Assembly (NCBI GenBank): GCA_041746255.1
Contig: JBGTHM010000053.1
Span: 59,153-123,152 of the forward strand
Length of the DNA: 64,000 bases
Direction of reading: 5' to 3'
Source: Fibrobacteria bacterium
GTDB taxonomy: Bacteria > Fibrobacterota > Fibrobacteria > UBA11236
Part shown: positions 19,001 to 29,066 of the stretch, piece after piece
How positions within the stretch are numbered: the first letter of the stretch is position 1
Layout: each line of letters opens with the position of its first letter
The notes under the pieces: model-generated
The model's input: only the letters and a program-made list of their open reading frames with translations
The model's database searches: none
What the model was told of the DNA's origin: nothing
Made by a program: the position numbers and the translations under genes

Positions 19001-19972
19001 CACCGCTGATTCGGCTCCCTTGATGGGAGTTCCGTCCTGGAACCACTGGTATTTCAAGATTCCAGAGCCTTGCGCGGAAATTTCGAAAACCGTTTTTTGC
19101 GCCACCAGCGCGCTCCGGTTTTCCGGATTTTTAAGGATGTTGGGCGCGCCCGGAAAGACCCAATTCTGGTTGCCGCCGGCATTGATACTTTCGTCGGCCT
19201 TGCCTTGGGCTTGCAGGGCTTTATTATTCGCCAGCACAATGTACTTGGCCGTCAGACTTCCCACGACGTTCAGATTCCAGGGCGCGTCCGGGTTGAGCAG
19301 TAAAAATGCCTGTTCGGCTCCCTGGAAATAAGCGTCGCCGCCGACGCCGAGTGTACGGCCGGCGAGGCTTGCGACCACGAATGAGCCGCCTTTTACTTCC
19401 AGGTTTTCCTGAATCGAGAGGTTATAGCCGTTGAGATCGAATGCTCCGGCGATTAGGTTCAAGTTGAGGCAAATCAATTGCGAAGCCAGGCGAACCGTTC
19501 CTTTTCCGGAGTGAATCAATTCCGGAGCGAGAATCCTTTGCGTGGGTCCTCGCAGGAGTTGCAGTGTCTGGGCGGTGAAATGAATTTCGCCATCGGAGGA
19601 TCGGAAACGGGCGCCGGTGAAATCGGCGTTACCTGTTATTGTCAAAACGCGTCCCCGTAAATCCCAATCGCCTTCGTAGGAGCCATTCACTACCAAGTCT
19701 TGGATGGATGCATGGCGCTGGAAGGAAACGTTTTTGGAACTGGTCTTATCGAAAAGCACCTTGTCTCCGACTTCAGGAACCGTCAGGGAACTCCAGTTGA
19801 CGGGGTTGTGCCAGCCGTTATCCGTGCCATTTCCCGTCCAGAGTATATAGCCGTCTTTCAAGTATCCCAATCCAGGATTGATAGTTCCGGGGGATTGTCC
19901 AAATGACATCCCGGTGACGACGAGCCCAATGCATAGGCCCAAGGCGCGGAGAAGGGGGAAGTAATTATTCAC
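16016..19972 (-). CDS. Large secreted protein with Ig-like and repeated chitobiase/beta-hexosaminidase C-terminal (Fn3-associated) domains
   Basis: Signal peptide; WTGNGTDNGWHNPVNWS; YQWFQDG Ig domain; YTLDGSLP / YTLNGTAP repeats; FlgD-like tail (ISLYNANGVRL...AGNY). Confidence 0.75.
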   Translation of the reverse strand: MNNYFPLLRALGLCIGLVVTGMSFGQSPGTINPGLGYLKDGYILWTGNGTDNGWHNPVNWSSLTVPEVGDKVLFDKTSSKNVSFQRHASIQDLVVNGSYEGDWDLRGRVLTITGNADFTGARFRSSDGEIHFTAQTLQLLRGPTQRILAPELIHSGKGTVRLASQLICLNLNLIAGAFDLNGYNLSIQENLEVKGGSFVVASLAGRTLGVGGDAYFQGAEQAFLLLNPDAPWNLNVVGSLTAKYIVLANNKALQAQGKADESINAGGNQNWVFPGAPNILKNPENRSALVAQKTVFEISAQGSGILKYQWFQDGTPIKGAESAVLTLESPGLKDSGSLFFCRVGNSSGQAQSAAARLLVSFPAPTATPSGSHFDDSVTVSLSVAVLQADIFFMRDNGDPEPYSQPIVLRNTTDLQSFAVLKGDTSVIGKAFYIRNSPSPGTLPKPIFTPGATEFTDSLIIVTLSGAAPNAALYYKLESDGLVRFYESPIILRTTTRIWAFSTRDAETSDTVEALYTRRLVPPTASPLSRDFTDSLAVTLSATASDVSVHYTLDGSLPTQASALYGKRLVLKQGVRLRAIAYAPGVEPSAIMDQAYARIPAPPVVSPGGGLFASEAEVVLHAADSNAVIRYTLNGTAPDMNSGIIYQAPLRISQETTLRAVAIIGDGDLRRASPIISTNYRFAPTGPVSLIPGGEFRLSNHCRVTWESAGSTAQFKALPEDSLKTYPGFAAPECAFRLTLPSVNDSSLARFHYTGSNEGELYWVADGNRTLNLTSAATVTLPGSGVYFRARDTLAPLIKLEKEQVNADGHTELEFTLQDNTSNLKVAIKRSDAASPEWQYLEWTTGKDLVLLVENGDNASDPVRINIQVGDGRQLSLFPTDSNSTFLPKRRLTNYRSPSSWKVGVNGGAPWDLVSVPIALDPPLTLGGLRKNNGVASLKGTAWDAAKQAYRNLRDEDTLPAHQAFWLSSPSSLKSALFHEVTSASTTLNGSVKINLREGWNLVSNTREKTLYWPGSRQDLETYFYNPIKNPWIYDANSGNYFPSDSLEPWRGYFVYCYNKEASVTLLEKPFSAKPIAMRKTGSGNRMHLLLKRGNFLLLGATPGAGTGLSIEDEFFPPANTAQIPGAIWSHREGRKLGTDVVRFEGESILRWRVISQRSRSEAPDSLSILTKDLPFDWQVWMVSSTGPARRIDTAFAIALPPVASDTLEIWAGPSALMAGHWLNRNDSPDKFSAHLSHNNAETLLHFSLPHATRLEISLYNANGVRLNRIGKAEWPAGNYRLSLSTLAPSRRASQAAFLLLEARGPNTAWSQSLPLREF

Positions 19973-20056
19973 AATTCTATTTTAGCGTAAATAGAGGGAA
20001 GAAAGGGAAGATAAATCTGTGCCTCCGATGTCCCGGATATACGGAGACCCATCCCT

Positions 20057-20554
20057 TCAGTTTTCGGGAAATACCACTCCCAAGCGGAATTTCCAATGGA
20101 GCGGGGGATCGAAAAGTCCCTCGAATTCGCCAAATAGGCGATTGGCGAAGCGTAAGGAAAGGGAATAGAAGGGAGAATGGATGCGGATGAATTTCCGCTC
20201 CGGGGTGAGGTCCCCATCCCGATAGCGCAGCCGATTGTAGCCGGTATGGGCGAATCCCGCGCCAATTGCCGGCTCCAAATCCCAAATAGGCACAGTGGCG
20301 AAGGCATGCAGACTGCCGTTGGCGGAATAAACGGGCCGCTGGTTGAACCTTCCGATTTCCCCCGTGATACGCGGCCTGAGGAACATAAGGTTCTTTTCAA
20401 GCAGCAGGGCAACCTGATAAACCGCCTCAACTCCCTGCTCGTCCGGTCCGAATTCGGATTCGATTTCGCCCCGGGTGAAAGCCGCCCCCATACGCAGGCG
20501 GATATCGGCTTGGACGCAGCCAACGAAAATCAAAGTAAAGCAAAGGAGGCGCAC
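20057..20554 (-). CDS. Hypothetical exported protein
   Basis: Signal/lipobox-like LIFVGC; amphipathic beta-strand-like body; fills the gap upstream of the giant protein. Confidence 0.5.
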   Translation of the reverse strand: MRLLCFTLIFVGCVQADIRLRMGAAFTRGEIESEFGPDEQGVEAVYQVALLLEKNLMFLRPRITGEIGRFNQRPVYSANGSLHAFATVPIWDLEPAIGAGFAHTGYNRLRYRDGDLTPERKFIRIHSPFYSLSLRFANRLFGEFEGLFDPPLHWKFRLGVVFPEN

Positions 20555-20729
20555 GAGCGAAATATAACTATCGGATTATCTTACCAAAGTCCATGGCCCA
20601 GTCACGGCACTGGGAAACGACTCTTAAGGCGGAATAGTCCCTCAATCGCCGAGACTGTTTACAAAACAAAATGCTTCGTTTACAAAGCAAGGTAGCCCAA
20701 AGTTGCGCTCCTTGATACATTCTTTGGCT

Positions 20730-21818
20730 ATGAGCACAGTCAATCCTCCCCGGTCGCGTCGCCCCTATTTGTGGCTGGCAGTTATCGTCGCCTTCGGCAT
20801 CGGCCTATTCGTCATCCGGGCTACCTTGGTACCCGCTCCGGCGGCGCCTCCGGCTCGTGGAGGGCCCGGAGGCGGCGGACCACCCCTGCAGGTTTCGGGC
20901 CTCTTGCTCAAAAACGAAAGGGTGGAGCGTATCATCCGTAGTTCGGGTACGGTGCTGGCCGGAGAAGAAGTGGAATTGCGCAGCGAGACGGCGGGGCGCA
21001 TAACGGGGATTCATTTCAAGGAAGGCCGTCCGATAAAGCGCGGCGACTTGCTTTTCAAAATTCACGACGCTGAACTGAGAGCCCAATTGGAAAGGGTGGA
21101 ACCCCGATTACATTTGGCCGAAGAAAGGGAAAGCCGGCAGAAAATTTTGCTGGAACGCGAGGCGGTCAGCCGTGAGGAATATGATCTGGCCGTTCAGGAA
21201 AAGCGAAGCTTAACGGCCGAAAGAAATCTGCTTAAAGCCCAGTTGGATAAAACCGAGATTCGCGCCCCCTTCGACGGAGTCGTGGGGCTCCGCAGCGTGA
21301 GCGTCGGCAGTTATGTTTCGCCGGGAACCCAATTGGCGGGCTTCTACAGCCTGAACCCTCTCAAAATCGACTTTTCCATACCCGAAGTCTACTTTTCGCG
21401 TGTGCGCGTGGGCGATACGGTGGCCGCTCAAATCCAGGGTTTGGAAGGAAAGGTAAGCGCCGTAATCGAGGCTTTGGAGCCTCGCCTTGACAGGGAAACG
21501 CGCATGTTGCGCATCCGGGGTCTGCTTCCCAATCCGGGCGGCAGAATTCCGCCCGGCGCCTCCGCCGGAATTGAATTGCCATTGTCTGGCGCCGTGGAAT
21601 CCATCATGGTTCCCAGTACGGCCGTGCTTCCCGACATCAGCGGACAGACGGTCTTTATGTATCGCGGCGGCAAAGCCGTACCGGTTTCCGTGATCGCGGG
21701 ATACCGCACCGACGAAAAGGTGGAGATCGAAGGGGTTAACCCTGGTGATACCCTCATTCTCTCCGGGCTTATCCAGATGAGGCCGGGAGCTTCGGTCACC
21801 TTGGGCGAGTTACAATAG
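20730..21818 (+). CDS. RND efflux periplasmic adaptor subunit
   Basis: N-terminal TM; EVELRSETAGRI, IRAPFDGVVG, PLKIDFSIPE motifs. Confidence 0.92.
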   Translation: MSTVNPPRSRRPYLWLAVIVAFGIGLFVIRATLVPAPAAPPARGGPGGGGPPLQVSGLLLKNERVERIIRSSGTVLAGEEVELRSETAGRITGIHFKEGRPIKRGDLLFKIHDAELRAQLERVEPRLHLAEERESRQKILLEREAVSREEYDLAVQEKRSLTAERNLLKAQLDKTEIRAPFDGVVGLRSVSVGSYVSPGTQLAGFYSLNPLKIDFSIPEVYFSRVRVGDTVAAQIQGLEGKVSAVIEALEPRLDRETRMLRIRGLLPNPGGRIPPGASAGIELPLSGAVESIMVPSTAVLPDISGQTVFMYRGGKAVPVSVIAGYRTDEKVEIEGVNPGDTLILSGLIQMRPGASVTLGELQ

Positions 21819-21829
21819 GCCGGTAAAGC

Positions 21830-24800
21830 ATGACTCTTTCTTCCCTATCCATCCGACGCCCCGTACTCGCGCTAATGCTGAACACGGTAATCATCCTGTT
21901 CGGCGTGGTATCGATGAGTTCGCTCGGGGTGCGTGATTACCCGGCCATCGATCCGCCCATCATCACGGTATCCACCACCTATACGGGTGCAAATGCGGAC
22001 GTGATGGAATCGCAAATCACCGAGCCGTTGGAAGAGTCGGTAAACGGGATTGCGGGGGTGGTATCCATTACATCGGTAAGCCGTGATGGGCGTAGCACCA
22101 TCACTCTTGAGTTCGATTTGGAGATGGATCTGGAGGCGGCCGCCAACGATGTGCGGGACCGGGTGTCGCGTGCCATGCGGAATTTGCCTCCCGACGCCGA
22201 AAATCCGGTAATTTCCAAGGCCGATGCCAATGCCAGCCCCATCGTTTTTTTAAACGTGCAAAGCCAGACGCGCAATCATCTCGATTTGACCGCAGTCGCC
22301 AACGATCTTTTCAAGGAAAGATTACAGACCATCCCGGGAGTCAGCGAAGTGCGCATCTGGGGCGAAAAACGTTATTCCATGCGGCTTTGGCTCGATCCGC
22401 TCCGGATGGCGGCGCGCAATGTCACGGCCCAAGACGTAAAAAGCGCCTTGGACCGGGAGAACCTGGAATTGCCTTCGGGCCGGGTGGAAGGTAATCAAAC
22501 CGAGTTGACGGTGCGCACGGTCAGCCGGTTGCAGAACATCGAGGAGTTCAACAACCTTATCATTCGCGAAGAAGGGGGGCAGGCGGTTCGTTTGCGCGAT
22601 ATCGGAAGCGCGACTCTCGGCGCGGAAAATACGCGCACGGTGCTAAAGCGCGATGGACGACCGATGATAGGCGTGGTACTGGTTCCCCAACCCGGCGCCA
22701 ACCACATCGCCATATCGGACGAATTCTACAAACGGCTGGAATTTATAAAAAAGGATCTTCCGCAGGATATCGAATTGGGAATCGGCTTCGATACCACCGA
22801 ATTCGTCCGACACTCGCTGAAGGAGGTGCGGAACACCATTTTACTGGCACTATGCTTGGTGGTGCTGGTGATATTCATGTTTTTGCGAAATTGGCGCACG
22901 ACTCTCATCCCCCTTTTGGCAATACCCATTTCTTTGCTGGGTTCATTTTTCATCATGTATATGGCCGGATTCTCCATCAACATCCTAACCTTGCTTGCGA
23001 TTGTTCTCGCCACGGGTCTGGTGGTCGACGATGCCATCGTGGTGTTGGAAAATATCTACGCCAAAATCGAAATGGGTCTGGACCCTGTCGAGGCGGGCCA
23101 TCGGGGAGCGAAGGAGATTTTCTTCGCCGTGGTTTCCACGACCTTGACCTTGGCCGCCGTTTTTCTGCCCATACTTTTTCTGGCGGGTACTACGGGAAGA
23201 TTGTTCCGGGAATTCGGAACCGTATTGGCGGGCAGCGTTATCATCTCCTCCTTCGTGTCCCTTAGCCTTACTCCAATGCTCTGTACCCGCATCCTCAAAG
23301 CGGGCGCCAAGCATGGCGCCTTTTATAATAAGACCGAAGCCATATTCCTGCGAGCCGTGGAAGGCTACCGCGAAGCTTTGACGTCTTTCATGCGGATTCG
23401 GTGGGTAGCCATCCTTTTGCTTGGTCTCTCGACTCTTCTGGTTTACGGGCTTTTTACGAGTCTGCCTTCGGAATTGGCTCCACTTGAAGATAAGGGGAGA
23501 ATGAATATCATGGCTTCCGCGCAGGAAGGCGCCACGTTTGAATACATGGACGCAGCCATGGATAAAATCATCGATGTTATCCAGCGCACCGTACCGGAGA
23601 AGGACGGAATCATATCGGTTACCTCACCCGGGTTCGGAGCATCGGGAGGCGTGAATTCCGGATTTGTGCGCCTCATTCTTAAACCCGCGTCCGAACGTAC
23701 GCGCACGCAGCAGGAAATCGCCGCGCAACTCGGCAGGGAGATGCGTTCCTTTTCGGATATACGGGTATTCGTAGCTCAGGAACCTACTCTGGGTGGCCGC
23801 CGTTTCAGCTTGCCGGTGCAATTCATCCTGCAGGCGCCTGACTTCGAAAGGTTGCGCGAAAAATTGCCTCTGTTCTTAGAGATGGCGCAGGAAGATCCGG
23901 TATTTCAAGGCGTGGACGTAGACTTGAAATTTACGAAGCCCGAATTACGTCTCGAAATCGATAGGGAGAAGGCCCGTGCTTTGGGCGTTACTGCCGCCGA
24001 AATCGCGCAAAGTCTCCAGCTCAACTTGAGCGAAAGCCGGTACGGCTATTTCGTCATGAATGGAAAACAATATCAAGTAATCGGTCAGTTGGAGCGCGAA
24101 GATCGGAACAAGCCGATAGACTTGAAATCGATTTATGTTCGTGGCCGTTCCGGGAGCCTAATTCAAATCGACAATCTCGTTCAATTGACCGAACAAAGCA
24201 GTCCACCCAGTCTTTATCGATATAACCGCTATTCGGCGGCCACGGTGTCGGCCGGGTTAGCTCCGGGCAGAACGCTGGACGAAGGCATCAAAGCGATGGA
24301 GCGTATCGCCGAAGAGGTGCTGGACGAGTCGTTCACGACGGCTTTGGGGGGTACCGCGCGCGATTTTTCAGAAAGCTCTTCCACTATGGTTTTTGCCTTT
24401 GTGTTTGCATTGATTCTGGTTTATATGGTTTTGGCCTCTCAATTCGAAAGTTTTCGTGATCCCTTAATTGTGATGCTTACGGTCCCCCTGGCGTTGGCGG
24501 GGGCGCTTTTCACCTTATGGTATTTCCGGCAAACCCTCAACATTTTCAGCCAAATCGGAATCATCATGTTAATCGGATTGGTTACTAAGAACGGTATCCT
24601 CATTGTGGAATTCGCCAATCAACGCAAACTGGCAGGCATGGCCTTTCGGGAAGCCATCATCGACGCGGCCGCCACCCGCTTTCGGCCCATTTTGATGACC
24701 AGTTTCACGACGGTACTGGGAACCTTGCCGATTGCCCTAGCGATCGGTGCGGGATCCGAAAGTCGGATGTCGATGGGTATCGCGGTTATCGGCGGGTTGC

Positions 24801-24922
24801 TGTTTTCCCTGGTGCTGACTTTATTCGTCATCCCGGCCATGTACAGTTATTTGTCCAAAGACACCGGTAAGATGGAGATCGCCCCCGTCCAATCCGAAGC
24901 CGTCCACTCGGAGCGGGTATGA
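21830..24922 (+). CDS. RND efflux permease (AcrB/AcrD/AcrF family)
   Basis: SIRRPV, GLVVDDAIVVLENI, GLVTKNGILIVEFAN, RFRPILMT motifs. Confidence 0.96.
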   Translation: MTLSSLSIRRPVLALMLNTVIILFGVVSMSSLGVRDYPAIDPPIITVSTTYTGANADVMESQITEPLEESVNGIAGVVSITSVSRDGRSTITLEFDLEMDLEAAANDVRDRVSRAMRNLPPDAENPVISKADANASPIVFLNVQSQTRNHLDLTAVANDLFKERLQTIPGVSEVRIWGEKRYSMRLWLDPLRMAARNVTAQDVKSALDRENLELPSGRVEGNQTELTVRTVSRLQNIEEFNNLIIREEGGQAVRLRDIGSATLGAENTRTVLKRDGRPMIGVVLVPQPGANHIAISDEFYKRLEFIKKDLPQDIELGIGFDTTEFVRHSLKEVRNTILLALCLVVLVIFMFLRNWRTTLIPLLAIPISLLGSFFIMYMAGFSINILTLLAIVLATGLVVDDAIVVLENIYAKIEMGLDPVEAGHRGAKEIFFAVVSTTLTLAAVFLPILFLAGTTGRLFREFGTVLAGSVIISSFVSLSLTPMLCTRILKAGAKHGAFYNKTEAIFLRAVEGYREALTSFMRIRWVAILLLGLSTLLVYGLFTSLPSELAPLEDKGRMNIMASAQEGATFEYMDAAMDKIIDVIQRTVPEKDGIISVTSPGFGASGGVNSGFVRLILKPASERTRTQQEIAAQLGREMRSFSDIRVFVAQEPTLGGRRFSLPVQFILQAPDFERLREKLPLFLEMAQEDPVFQGVDVDLKFTKPELRLEIDREKARALGVTAAEIAQSLQLNLSESRYGYFVMNGKQYQVIGQLEREDRNKPIDLKSIYVRGRSGSLIQIDNLVQLTEQSSPPSLYRYNRYSAATVSAGLAPGRTLDEGIKAMERIAEEVLDESFTTALGGTARDFSESSSTMVFAFVFALILVYMVLASQFESFRDPLIVMLTVPLALAGALFTLWYFRQTLNIFSQIGIIMLIGLVTKNGILIVEFANQRKLAGMAFREAIIDAAATRFRPILMTSFTTVLGTLPIALAIGAGSESRMSMGIAVIGGLLFSLVLTLFVIPAMYSYLSKDTGKMEIAPVQSEAVHSERV

Positions 24923-26229
24923 GGCCTGGACTTTTGCCGCAGCTTTTTTTCGCTAAATCCAAGCGGCGGAGAGCCCTGGTTACCGTTATTCCATTTTTGC
25001 TGGGAGGATTTTATTCCTTCAGTTTGGGAGAGCAATCCGTCCTTACCTTGGATGAAGCGGTTCGTATCGGTTTGGCGCAGAATTTTTCCATTTCCTTGGC
25101 TAAGGACGCGGCGGAAATCGCGGGAAACGACAGGTCCTTTTCGCGAGGGGCTTTTCTCCCCGAGGTAGCGGCGGGCGTTACCCATGGTCGGGAACCGGGA
25201 AGGGATGAGAGCGTTACTTCGGCGGGACTTACCGCGAACTGGATAATCTTCGATGGTCTGCAAAATTACCATGCCTATGGACGGCTTAAGGCGCGCGAAC
25301 GGGCGGCGCATTTGGCGCACAAGGATAGAATGGAACGGGTACTGGAGGAAATCGTTGCTGCCTATTACGGAATCGTGCGCGAGAAGCAGGTGCGCGAAGC
25401 CCTGAAGGAATTGCTCTCGGTATCGGAGCAAAGGGCGAAGGTGGCGCAAGCGCGCCTGGAATTAGGTTCCGGATCCCGCCTGGAACAATTGCAGACCTTG
25501 GCCGATTTGAATGCCGATTCTTCCGCCCTCATCGATCAGGCGGCGCGCCTCCACGAGGCCGGCGTGCTTCTCAACTCCCTTTTGGCCCGTGACGCCGAAA
25601 CGGTATTCGAAGTGTCCGACACCATACCTTTGGATTACGCTTTGCCCGTGGCGGCTTTTGCAAACGCGCTTCCACGGGATAATACCCTGTTGTTGCTGGC
25701 GGCCGTGGATCGCGACGCCGCTGAAAAGGCGGTCAAGGAAAGTCGCGCGTTGTGGTATCCCCGCATCAACGCGCAGGTTTCTTATTATGACACTCCCGAG
25801 GCATGGAACCCCGAAGGGGCGGACACGCGTGACGGTTTGGGTTTTGGCATAAGCGCGTCGGTTCCGCTCTTTAACCGACTGCAGACATTGCGTCAGACCC
25901 GTAATGCGCGAATCGATTTGCGCCGCAGCGAAACGGGCTTGGCGGCAACGGAACAGGCGGTATTGGCCGAGTTCTCTTCCTTGACCCAGCGTCATGCGGC
26001 GGGCATCATGCGGGTGCGGCTGGAGGAGCGCAACCTCGAGGTGTCGCGCCTTCAGGCCGAAGCGGCCGAGGAGCGCTATCGGGTCGGTACGACCACCTAT
26101 TTGGAATTCCGGGATGCACAGCGTCGCCAACTCGATGCCCGTAGTCGATTCATCGCCGCCCGCTTCCAGACCAAGGTGGCTGAAACGGCGCTAAGACGGT
26201 TGGGCGGTGATTTGGTGCGGGAGCAATGA
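24919..26229 (+). CDS. TolC-family outer membrane efflux protein
   Basis: LTLDEAV...N, FLPEV, LELGSGSRLEQLQ, RYRVGTTTYLE; overlaps the RND stop. Confidence 0.9.
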   Translation: MRPGLLPQLFFAKSKRRRALVTVIPFLLGGFYSFSLGEQSVLTLDEAVRIGLAQNFSISLAKDAAEIAGNDRSFSRGAFLPEVAAGVTHGREPGRDESVTSAGLTANWIIFDGLQNYHAYGRLKARERAAHLAHKDRMERVLEEIVAAYYGIVREKQVREALKELLSVSEQRAKVAQARLELGSGSRLEQLQTLADLNADSSALIDQAARLHEAGVLLNSLLARDAETVFEVSDTIPLDYALPVAAFANALPRDNTLLLLAAVDRDAAEKAVKESRALWYPRINAQVSYYDTPEAWNPEGADTRDGLGFGISASVPLFNRLQTLRQTRNARIDLRRSETGLAATEQAVLAEFSSLTQRHAAGIMRVRLEERNLEVSRLQAEAAEERYRVGTTTYLEFRDAQRRQLDARSRFIAARFQTKVAETALRRLGGDLVREQ

Positions 26230-26532
26230 ATGGCTCTCAATCATTTCCGGCCGATTCTTTTCGCATGCGCCTTCGGAGCCCTGGGTTTATCCGCATTTGC
26301 CGATAAAGGCATTCCCGTGATTCCGGACCAGACATCCGCCTATGAGACCCCTGAAAGGGTGCGAGTCGAGGCGGCTGCAAGTTCCGCTCCCAAGGGGCAT
26401 CCTCGCTACAACGTCGGCGAAACCACGATGGGAGCGTTGGTTTTCTCCCTGCTGTTTATGCTCATTGTTATTCCGGCCATGTACCTCTATTTTACCAAGG
26501 TTTCGAACCGGAGGATTCCCCCTCCGGAGTGA
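26230..26532 (+). CDS. Small membrane protein (signal peptide + TM helix similar to the RND terminal helix)
   Basis: Starts immediately after the TolC-family gene; AFA-D signal cleavage; GALVFSLLFMLIVIPAMYLYFTK. Confidence 0.65.
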   Translation: MALNHFRPILFACAFGALGLSAFADKGIPVIPDQTSAYETPERVRVEAAASSAPKGHPRYNVGETTMGALVFSLLFMLIVIPAMYLYFTKVSNRRIPPPE

Positions 26533-28213
26533 AGGTTTCGCCCGTCTTTAAGTCCTGCTCCATATGCGACAAGATCTCGGAAGGCTCATGCGCATCTTTT
26601 ACCAGTGTATCCCTTCGCTCCAGCTTACGCAATAATCCATCGGCTTGCACCAATTGTTGAACCAACCGGCGAGTCATGCTCAGATTATCCAATAAAGATT
26701 CGGTGCGCGTAATGGAGACATTGCGTCCTACGGCTGCGGTTAACAGTCCGGTTTTCGCCTTTTCATAAGTTTCTTCGAAGCCCTCATAAAGTTCCAGCCG
26801 TAGCGAAAAAGCCTCATGAGCCGAATCGGCTTGCTGCTGCAGGGAAATGTATTCAATGGCATTCTCCAAAACCGCCTCGATTCCGGATTTAGCCTCGGAA
26901 TATTCCAATGCGGCGAGATCCTGGCGCAAAGCGTAGGCGTAAGGAGCCAGTCGCGCGGACTGATCGAGGTATCTCCAGATTTGCAATCCCTGCGTCAAAT
27001 CGTTTCCCACCTCTTCGGCCATCTTTTCCGTACGCACTCCGGCCACGAACTTGACGATGGCTTCGCCCAAATGCCGGACGGATTCGGATTGACGTTCAAT
27101 GTCATCGGCCGATTTGACCGTTCCCAGCAAGGCGACGGACGAAATTTGGGTGACGATATCGCGTAGACGCCTGAGTTCGGCCTGTAGTGCCGAAACGGCG
27201 AGAGTGGGCGTGGTAGAGAGAGTGGAGTCGAGATGTCTCGGTTTCCCCAAATCCTCTTCGGCGCTACGAAAAGCCCTCTCCAATAAGCCTGCGAATTTTC
27301 CTGTGAAGGGAAGCAGCAAGGTTACTCCGAGGATTTTGAAGGTAGTATGGAAAAGGGCAAGCGTGACGATGGGATTTTTCTCCAAGTCGAGCCATTCCGA
27401 TAGATTGCTGATTAACAGCATGAGCAAAGGGAGAAGGAGCAATGCGACCGCACCGGTAATCACATTGAAGAGAATATGCCCGAGCGCCAATCTTTTCGCA
27501 TTGGATGTGGCTTTGATTACCGCGAAGGCCGCCGTAGTGGTGGTCCCCAGGCTGGCTCCGATTATCGCTCCCGCCGCGGGTTCGATCCCTATGACGCCAC
27601 CTCCAACCGCGGTCAGGATGATGGCGATGGCGGCACTGGACGATTGTGTCAATAAGGTGGCGATAAAGCCAATGATGAAAAAAGCCGGCAGGCCGCCGCC
27701 ATCCGCTACACCGGCTCCATAGGCTTCCGCCATGCCGCTGAAGGCGTCTTTGAGAATGGATAAGCCCAGAAAGAACAGGCCGAAACCGGCGAGGGCTGCG
27801 CCGAGCCCTTTATATTTTTTGCCCGGCGCCGTAAGGCCGAGGGCGACGCCCACCGTCAAAATCGGCATGGCAAAGGCATCGATTTTGAAGCCGCCGCCCA
27901 CCAGGCTCACCAGCCAACTGGTAATAGTCGTGCCGATATTGGTTCCGAAAACCACGCCTAAGGCTTGCCGAAGCGATAGGATTCCCGCGTTGACGAATCC
28001 TATCGTGGCTACCGTAACCGCGCTGGAGGATTGTACCAGTCCCGTAACCAGCACTCCCGAAAGGACACCACGCAACGGAGTGGACGTCCACCGGGCGAGC
28101 AATTTCCGGAGACCTCCGCCGGCGAAGATTTTCAGCCCGTCGGTCATCATTTGCATGGCGAGCAGAAACAAAGCCAGGCCGCCGAGGGCGTTCAGTATGG
28201 TGGGCAAGGACAT
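26492..28213 (-). CDS. Na/Pi cotransporter family protein (YjbB/NptA-like) with PhoU-like C-terminus
   Basis: LGGLALFL, VQSSSAVTV, GTNIGTT, second TQSSSA repeat. Confidence 0.92.
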   Translation of the reverse strand: MSLPTILNALGGLALFLLAMQMMTDGLKIFAGGGLRKLLARWTSTPLRGVLSGVLVTGLVQSSSAVTVATIGFVNAGILSLRQALGVVFGTNIGTTITSWLVSLVGGGFKIDAFAMPILTVGVALGLTAPGKKYKGLGAALAGFGLFFLGLSILKDAFSGMAEAYGAGVADGGGLPAFFIIGFIATLLTQSSSAAIAIILTAVGGGVIGIEPAAGAIIGASLGTTTTAAFAVIKATSNAKRLALGHILFNVITGAVALLLLPLLMLLISNLSEWLDLEKNPIVTLALFHTTFKILGVTLLLPFTGKFAGLLERAFRSAEEDLGKPRHLDSTLSTTPTLAVSALQAELRRLRDIVTQISSVALLGTVKSADDIERQSESVRHLGEAIVKFVAGVRTEKMAEEVGNDLTQGLQIWRYLDQSARLAPYAYALRQDLAALEYSEAKSGIEAVLENAIEYISLQQQADSAHEAFSLRLELYEGFEETYEKAKTGLLTAAVGRNVSITRTESLLDNLSMTRRLVQQLVQADGLLRKLERRDTLVKDAHEPSEILSHMEQDLKTGETFTPEGESSGSKPW

Positions 28214-28217
28214 GCCT

Positions 28218-29066
28218 TTAAGTTTTTCGGTGGTATAAATACATGGTGATGGGGCCGAATATCGCTATGAGCAAGGCGGAAATCAACATCACCCATCCGA
28301 TTTGACCCGCGGTAATTGTTCCGTGCATCAAACCGCGAGCGGCCGTAGTCGCATGTGAAATGGGATTGGCGGCTACGAAACCCTGTAACCATCCCGGCAT
28401 GGTGGCGGGGTCCACGAAAATATTGCTGGCGAAAGTCAAAAAGAACAGGATCATGGAGCTCATCATCATCACCGACTCTTGCGATTTGAGAATAAGTCCG
28501 AGCATTATCCAAATCCAAGACACGCTGAACGAGAATACTTGAACCATTGCCAGGGCGATTAGGACTCCAAGTATTCCACCTCCGGGACGGAATCCCAAGA
28601 CCACACCCAATACGAGCACCACGCTACCCGCCAGGGTATAACGCACCACATCTCCGAGCAAGGCGCCCACCAGCGGAGAAGGGCTCCAGATGGGTAGGGA
28701 ACGGAAACGGTCGAACACTCCCTTGGCGATGTCGGTATTGAGGGCGATGCCGGTATACATGGTGATGAAGACGATGGTTTGCACCAGGATCCCCGGTAAA
28801 AGAAATTGCAAATAGTCCTGCGTCGACCCGGCAAGGGCGCCGCCGAACAGGTAGGTAAACATCAAGGTGAACATGATGGGGAAGGCGGTGACGTCGAACA
28901 GTTGCATGGGAACATGCTTTATTTTCAACATGGCGCGCCACCCAAAGGTGAGCGAAACGGATATCGGGCCCGGTCGCGCCGGACGGGTTCGGGCCGAGAG
29001 GGCTTTCCGGAGCGAATCCGAAACTCCGGAAGGGGTGACGCTGGTTTTATTCGGGGCCGCGGTCAT
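28218..29066 (-). CDS. ABC-2 type transporter permease (DrrB-like)
   Basis: [39 protein letters not shown]. Confidence 0.9.
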   Translation of the reverse strand: MTAAPNKTSVTPSGVSDSLRKALSARTRPARPGPISVSLTFGWRAMLKIKHVPMQLFDVTAFPIMFTLMFTYLFGGALAGSTQDYLQFLLPGILVQTIVFITMYTGIALNTDIAKGVFDRFRSLPIWSPSPLVGALLGDVVRYTLAGSVVLVLGVVLGFRPGGGILGVLIALAMVQVFSFSVSWIWIMLGLILKSQESVMMMSSMILFFLTFASNIFVDPATMPGWLQGFVAANPISHATTAARGLMHGTITAGQIGWVMLISALLIAIFGPITMYLYHRKT

